In this document: positions 57,920-64,000 of the stretch, in pieces | Layout of the letters: the number at the start of each line of letters is the position of its first letter | How positions within the stretch are numbered: position 1 is the stretch's first letter | Assembly (NCBI GenBank): GCA_964016885.1 | Contig: OZ024741.1 | Span: 17,174,001 to 17,238,000, forward strand | Origin: Eledone cirrhosa | Taxonomy: Eukaryota | Direction: 5' to 3' | Length of the DNA: 64,000 nucleotides | Notes under the pieces: model-generated | What the model saw: only the letters and a program-made list of their open reading frames with translations | Told to the model about the DNA's origin: nothing | The model's database searches: none | Position numbers and translations under genes: made by a program

Positions 57920-58200
57920 AAGGCGGGTAAAATTCCCGAGATCCATGGACGAGTTCTCTCCAGCGGTCTCTGTCCCTCATTATCGCTGCCATGTCCTGCG
58001 TCTCCAACAGACCAGTGTCTGTCCTTAGGGCATCAACATATGTTAACCTTGGTCTTCCACTTCTAGTGTGTCCATGTAGGGGCTCCCGCAGGAGCACTGA
58101 GTGCAATGTCAACTCTGGATGTCGGTGAGCATGTCCAGCTAACATCAGTCTCCTCTGTGTCACTTTTGAGCTGACTTTTGGGATGCTCCCATACAGCTCT
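57918..58200 (-). mobile_element. 5'-truncated RTE-clade LINE 3' end
   Basis: RRLMLAGHAHRHPE...GRPRLTYVD...DRDRWRELV. Confidence 0.88.
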
Positions 58201-58304
58201 GTATATATATATATATAATCTATATATATATAATCAGTATACACTGAGTATATATATATGTATATATATATATAAATATATATATATTTATATATATATA
58301 TATA

Positions 58305-58615
58305 AACGGTTAGTACAGAAACTAAGTAGAAAAGAAGACTATTTCTGAAAAGAATCTGCACTTTTCCATTGGAAGTCCCTAGGATTTCCAATCTTTTGTT
58401 CAGTGAAACCGTCGGTAAAAGCAAATGGAATAGGTAAATATTTAAATTATATTTTTTAATTTATTTTAAAAAATTGTTTGAATCTTACTTGCTCCGCTTA
58501 TCTCAATGTTATAGTTCTAGTATGTCAAATTAATACCTTGGAACAACCACTGTATCATAGACACCCTATATATTTCCAGGGATACTTAGTATCTCTGGAG
58601 ATATTGATCTTCTTT
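58305..58615 (+). mobile_element. Family I copy with degenerate HHR (58345-58417) and tail hairpin (58514-58544)
   Basis: Homologous to the reverse complement of 16755-16940. Contains GAAACCGTCGGTA. Confidence 0.75.
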
Positions 58616-58714
58616 TATATATATATATATGTGTGTGTGTGTACGTGTGTGTGTGTCTCTCTCTCTCTCAGTCCCTCTCCCTCTCACTCTCCCTCTCTCT
58701 CTCACTCCCTCTAT

Positions 58715-58755
<41 letters not shown>

Positions 58756-59209
58756 GTAAAGCCAGCAATCAAGATTAAAGAATTACACACAATTAGGTCA
58801 CTTCCGTTCAGAATAATAAAAGTATTTTACAGAGATTTAGTAATAAATAACAATCTATGATAAACTGTGAAATATTTGGAGGTTATACAGAACGAAACAT
58901 TTTAAAATGATATATTGACGGCCAATGGATAAAACTGCTTGTGGTGTTGAGTTATATCCCTTTATATTTTGATTACATGTAACACCATGGTCTAATTTGC
59001 TTTTGAAACCAGTTGGGTTGTTAAAATTTGTACCAGTTTAGTATTGGGGGGTTGATATAATCAACTACATCATGACTATAACCAGTTAAATAATGGGTGA
59101 GGAATCAACACCACCACATCCTACATGTTAAATACTAAATACTCTTAATATATTCCCCCAACCCTAATGTTTGTATCCGCAATCAGCGTTATTCTTAAAT
59201 TTGCTTATT

Positions 59210-59480
59210 TATATAGCGATATATATATATGAATGTATATACAGTGTATTTTGCAATACACTGTATGCTTAATTAAAAGCATTTTAAAGACCTTACGCTA
59301 TTGTTTTAAAATAGTGAGAATGTCACTTATTTAAATTTTCAGCAAACAGGGGAGATAAACTGACAGAGCTCTGTTTCGTACTTTTTGGTACATATCAAAG
59401 CTAACTACTCCTCCTGTTTGCTGAAAATTATGTGTGTTGGATTCTTATAAAATTCCAGTAATAATCAGGAACTGATTTAT
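59210..59480 (-). mobile_element. Family O copy with U3-A8 HHR variant (59358-59402)
   Basis: Minus strand: TTGATAT-GTAC..GTAC-GAA-ACAGAGCTCTGT-C. Homologous to 34670-34930. Confidence 0.8.
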
Positions 59481-59719
59481 ATACGTTTATATGTATACGC
59501 GCGCACACACACACACACACGTGTATATATTTTTTATATATGTTCTATGTGTATTTGGTGTATACGTTCGTAGGTGTGCGGGTACAGGCGTTGCGTGGGT
59601 TTCTGTATGTGTGCGCGTGTTTTTGTGTACGTGCCTGTATTTGCAATCCCACGGCGGGTGTTTCGCGTATGCATGTGTATGTACGTATATGGATGCGAGC
59701 ATGTATATATTTAATTGTT

Positions 59720-60162
59720 GTTGATTTCAATAACCTCTGTAATTTATTTACATTATTCTTAACTCTGAATCATTCGGTTTCCTAAATAGAATTTTAGTCT
59801 ACGACTTCAGTTATACTATAAACATGGTTTTGTCTTTGCGTGTAATTGTTCTCTATGGTCCACATAATGACGTATTATCTTCGTGTTTTTCCGTTCTTTG
59901 TCAGGGAACGTTTCCACGAACCAAAGTATCGTCTTCCTGTCTTCCTTCGGTTGCAACGTATTTTGAAATATTTACTTCTGCGTTCACAGATTGATTTTTT
60001 TAGTTTCAGAAGATCCCGTTAAGGGTGAAAGCAGCGATTCTTTGCTTAAACTGTAATCTGTTATTTTAATAAATATTTGCTCTACGGTTCTTATATATTT
60101 GATATATATTTATCCTTATCGAGCCCTCTTTGGATTTTAGTCTTCAAATTTATTATTATTAC

Positions 60163-60163
<1 letters not shown>
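59720..60163 (+). mobile_element. Family B body plus complete tail, followed by (TA)n
   Basis: HHR-like motif at 60007-60040. Tail hairpin GCTC-TA..TA-TC-GAGC at 60079-60124. Confidence 0.85.
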
Positions 60164-60206
<43 letters not shown>

Positions 60207-60280
60207 CCTTCGTTATATATATATATATATATATACAATATATTAATAAATGGAAACTATATTTATAAAACCATATTTAT

Positions 60281-60340
60281 TTTATTATATATATTTCAAG
60301 GGCAACCAAGACAAATTATGGTGCGCTTTCATCAGATAAA
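60281..60340 (-). ncRNA. Type I hammerhead
   Basis: Minus strand: TTTAT-CTGATGA-AAG..CTT-GAA-ATATATAT-A-ATAAA. Confidence 0.8.
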
Positions 60341-60426
60341 ATACAGATTTGTTTTATAAATAAATATTGACATACCCGGAAAAAAGACAACCTTAACGGT
60401 TGCAGCTTCATTATATATATATTTAT

Positions 60427-60622
60427 ATAATGAAGGAATTGTGGTAAGGAACCAGATGGACCATAACGCACCAAAGTACTCAATACTTAGTGTAGTAGAG
60501 TGGGTAATAGGAAAGAGTATGACCCCGACGGCAGAGCTCAAGCCGTTTCGACGGCTATTTCTGGACAGTCCAGAAATAGCCGTCGAAACGGCTTGAGCTC
60601 TGCCGTCGGGGTCATACTTTTT

Positions 60623-60626
<4 letters not shown>
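60427..60626 (-). mobile_element. Family C short fold-back element, centre 60567
   Basis: Axis TTTCTGGAC-A-GTCCAGAAA. Full tail on the left. Confidence 0.92.
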
Positions 60627-60659
<33 letters not shown>

Positions 60660-60811
60660 ATACTTTGGGAGGGTCATGTTGCCAATAAGAAACACACGCA
60701 CCAGTTGCTTTCACTCCAATTTATTATAAATTAAATTTATAAATCTAAGAATTCATAAATTTCTGGTTGGTTGGTTGGTTGGTTCCACAACCGGACGGTT
60801 GTTCATATATT

Positions 60812-60854
60812 GTCAAAGTTCTTTCGTCACACATTCTGTGACCTCTTCAGTGAC
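60812..60854 (-). ncRNA. Minimal hammerhead within element 60655-60920
   Basis: Minus strand: GTCA-CTGAAGA-G-GTCACA..TGTGAC-GAA-AGAACT-T-TGAC. The element's 3' tip recurs alone at 55825-55850. Confidence 0.82.
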
Positions 60855-61010
60855 TGGGCATTCTTCTCTTTGTTTTGTGCCTCTCCTTTGTTCTGTCCTA
60901 CGCCATCTTGTTTTTGTGTATCTATATACATATATATATATATATCAAGCGTTAACCTAATATATCCCTTCCATATACTGTACCGATTGTGTTGTTATTT
61001 CTGTTTACCC

Positions 61011-61130
<120 letters not shown>

Positions 61131-61604
61131 AAAAGTAAACGGAAAACAACACACCAAAACTATACAATACAATGAAGATTTAATAGTTTAATGCTTGCTA
61201 TAACGTTAAGGAAGGAACAAATGCCTTCCATGTAAGGTCATAATTTCTTAACTTATAGTGTGTAACTGCTGTTACAGAAATATCTTTATATCTCTATTCC
61301 TCGTGTGATATTATTTGTGATAACATATTAGTTCCGTTTTATTTCACTTTTGTATCGTTGCAGCAAACATTCCAGAATGTTATATGACGTTTCTCCAGTT
61401 TCTCTCGCTTACTTCAGTCGTGCTAGAAACAAAAGAAGTTGTCAAAATACTGGTAAGGTTCGCGGCGGGGTGGGTTATATACAGAGAGTACAAAGATACT
61501 CATAGACGATTTATTGTCTCTTGTCCTAGTGGACACAAATATACAGGAGACTGGTGACATTTGAAACTACAGTGTGAGAGAAAGAAAAACACTGCCAGTG
61601 AGGA

Positions 61605-61672
<68 letters not shown>

Positions 61673-61724
61673 ATATATGTTTTCATTTTCCCATTTTCAC
61701 ACCTACGGCTATTTATTAGACACG

Positions 61725-61824
<100 letters not shown>

Positions 61825-61844
61825 CGTATATATGTTACACACAA

Positions 61845-62130
61845 ACAGCGGACAACAAAGGCCACGTACCGTTCCTCTCCGACAGATAACTTTCCCACCC
61901 GGAAAACCCCCCAGTTGATGGATGCGAATCCGAAATATAGGGACAATTAAATCTCTCCCAAGGTAACTCTATCTCGTGTTATTATTTTCTTTTTTACGCT
62001 CTTCCCTACGTTCCTCTACACACTATACATCTCATTCTACACTCCCTTACATCTCTCTCTTCACCACCGGATTCTGTTACCCGGAGATTTACCCATCTGC
62101 ATTGTTGAGGCTTCCACAACGACCATATAT
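61845..62130 (+). mobile_element. Family G relative with variant HHR (61907-61943)
   Basis: CAGTTGA-T-GGAT-gcga-ATCC-GAA-ATAT-A-GGGA. Shares CCCATCTGCATTGTTG with about 56876. Confidence 0.75.
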
Positions 62131-62258
62131 CACAGGTTTGCTGTAGAAATAAATTCTAAAACAGAGCTGTTTACTGGAATATACTTTTGCTTTTTCTTTT
62201 TCTTTTATTCTTTTATATTTTATAGAGAAATCGCAGAATTGTTAGAGTCGAATATAAT

Positions 62259-62846
62259 AGTTTCATTTATTACCCACAAGGGCCGACATATAGGGGACAA
62301 TACAAAAGACAGGGACAGTGGGGGTTTACATATACAACGTGTAACCAATATAAGTAACAATAACAAAATAACAATAAAAATACAACAAGGAAAATTCCCC
62401 AATAGGGGGGATGACCACCCAGGGTTAACTCAGGTACTCCACCAATCCTGAACGACCATACGCTTCGAGAGCCCCCGGGAAGGACACCCCTCTCCTCCTC
62501 AAATTCACCCACCTATAGGCGCATGATCAGTGTAGGCCCAGTCACACGGGCCATTCTCGTCACATTCACCCACCTTTCAGCAAATGTACTGGGGGCAGCA
62601 CTTCTCTCTCCACCCTCACCTTCCTTTTCAAGTGAAACTTGAAAAAGTTGATGAGGGATTGGCCGAAGAGATAAGTGTCTGTATTCAGTCCTTTCAACCT
62701 GGTGCACCATACAACCTCTTTCGCTACTGCCACCAGGCAGAGAAAAATTGCCTGCCCTTCCTGGCCAAATTAAGGCGGCGGGTCGATCTTCACTATGGAC
62801 TCGGCCGATAGCTGGATCCGTTCTACACGCGACAACAGCTGTTCGT
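62259..62846 (-). mobile_element. 5'-truncated L1/Tx1-type LINE inserted into a SINE head
   Basis: ERWVNVTRMARVTGP matches the 25050-25100 region. 17-bp TSD TTAGAGTCGAATATAAT at 62242-62258 and 62847-62863. Confidence 0.88.
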
Positions 62847-63104
62847 TTAGAGTCGAATATAATGAGTTGCTGTTCTTTACATTCTGAGTTCAAATCCTAC
62901 CGGGGTCAAATATATATGCCTCTCGCCTGTACCAGGACCAGTCAAGTACTGAGGTCGATTTAATCGATTTTTTCCTCCCCTGAAAATACTGCTCTTGGAG
63001 ATGGTAGGGTAGATTAAGAGAATCTTTTGAGCGTCAGACAAAATGCTTTGCAGTATTTCTTCCGACTGTCCACCGCAGGGTTAAACCCCCAGCTATTACT
63101 GGTA

Positions 63105-63236
63105 CTCATTTTCATCTGAGTATACTAAACAAAGTGAAATGAAGTGTTTTGCTCAAGAACATAACTCACAACTCAGTCTAGGAATCGAACCCATGACGTT
63201 ATGATCGTAAGCACAACACCCTTACCACTAAGCCAG
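63105..63236 (-). mobile_element. tRNA-derived SINE S2
   Basis: Minus strand: TGGCTTAGTGGTAAG..GGTTCGATTCC..GTTCTTGAGCAAAACACTT. Confidence 0.78.
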
Positions 63237-63655
63237 GTAGGTGCCTTGCAGACACCTGTACACAGGTAGAATAGTTAACATTATCATTAGTTATATAAAT
63301 TATTTTCAGGTGCAATAATTATCAACAGGTACAATAATAATAATAATGGGCAGGTACGATATCTAATCAGTGAGTACAATAGTTAACTAGCAGGTAGAAT
63401 AATAACCACCAGGTACAACAATAATAATCACCTGGCACACACACCAGTAATCAGCAGGTACAATAGTTAATTATCAGCTATATTAATTATCAACTGCAAT
63501 CATCATCTTTTGATGACTGGCGGCTTATTCATCTGGTTTGTTTTATACCAAAATAAACGTCTAAAACTCATTAACTTAACTTTCCTTAATTACTAACTTG
63601 AAATACAAGGTTGAAACTATATATATATATATATATACCCACCCACACATACACA

Positions 63656-63691
<36 letters not shown>

Positions 63692-63729
63692 CACACCTAT
63701 ATATATATACACCCACCCACACATACACA

Positions 63730-63783
<54 letters not shown>

Positions 63784-63893
63784 CACACCTATATATATAT
63801 ACACCCACCCACACATACACACCTATATATATATATATATACATATATACATACACACCTATATATATATACACCCACCCACACATACACACC

Positions 63894-63949
<56 letters not shown>

Positions 63950-64000
63950 CATATATATATACATCCACACCTATATATATATATATATATATTATATATA

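Overview
Repeat-dense eukaryotic DNA, probably intronic or intergenic. It is most like an octopus or other cephalopod genome, inferred from the SINE families and the extreme (TA)n/(CA)n content. No host gene is confidently identified, and nearly all ORF-track entries are microsatellite artefacts. Conventional content: one decayed L1/Tx1-type LINE with two 3' fragments, RTE-LINE fragments, about a dozen tRNA-derived SINEs, a non-autonomous Helitron, hAT- and piggyBac-type MITEs, and several minisatellites. The main hidden signal is in the short unique islands between the microsatellites. By eye they carry roughly 30 type I hammerhead ribozyme (HHR) motifs from many unrelated sequence families, including covarying core variants. 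They typically share one architecture: (TA)n, inverted arm, fold-back centre, direct arm, unpaired 3' tail, (TA)n. In at least 8 families the tail begins with the same covarying 2-nt-bulged hairpin (RYTC-TR..YA-TY-GARY), usually a few nt past the point where the inverted arm stops. This looks like a microsatellite-targeting, ribozyme-bearing, fold-back retroelement system related to Penelope-like elements (PLEs). All coordinates and pairings were read manually and may be off by a few nt. Family letters are my own labels.
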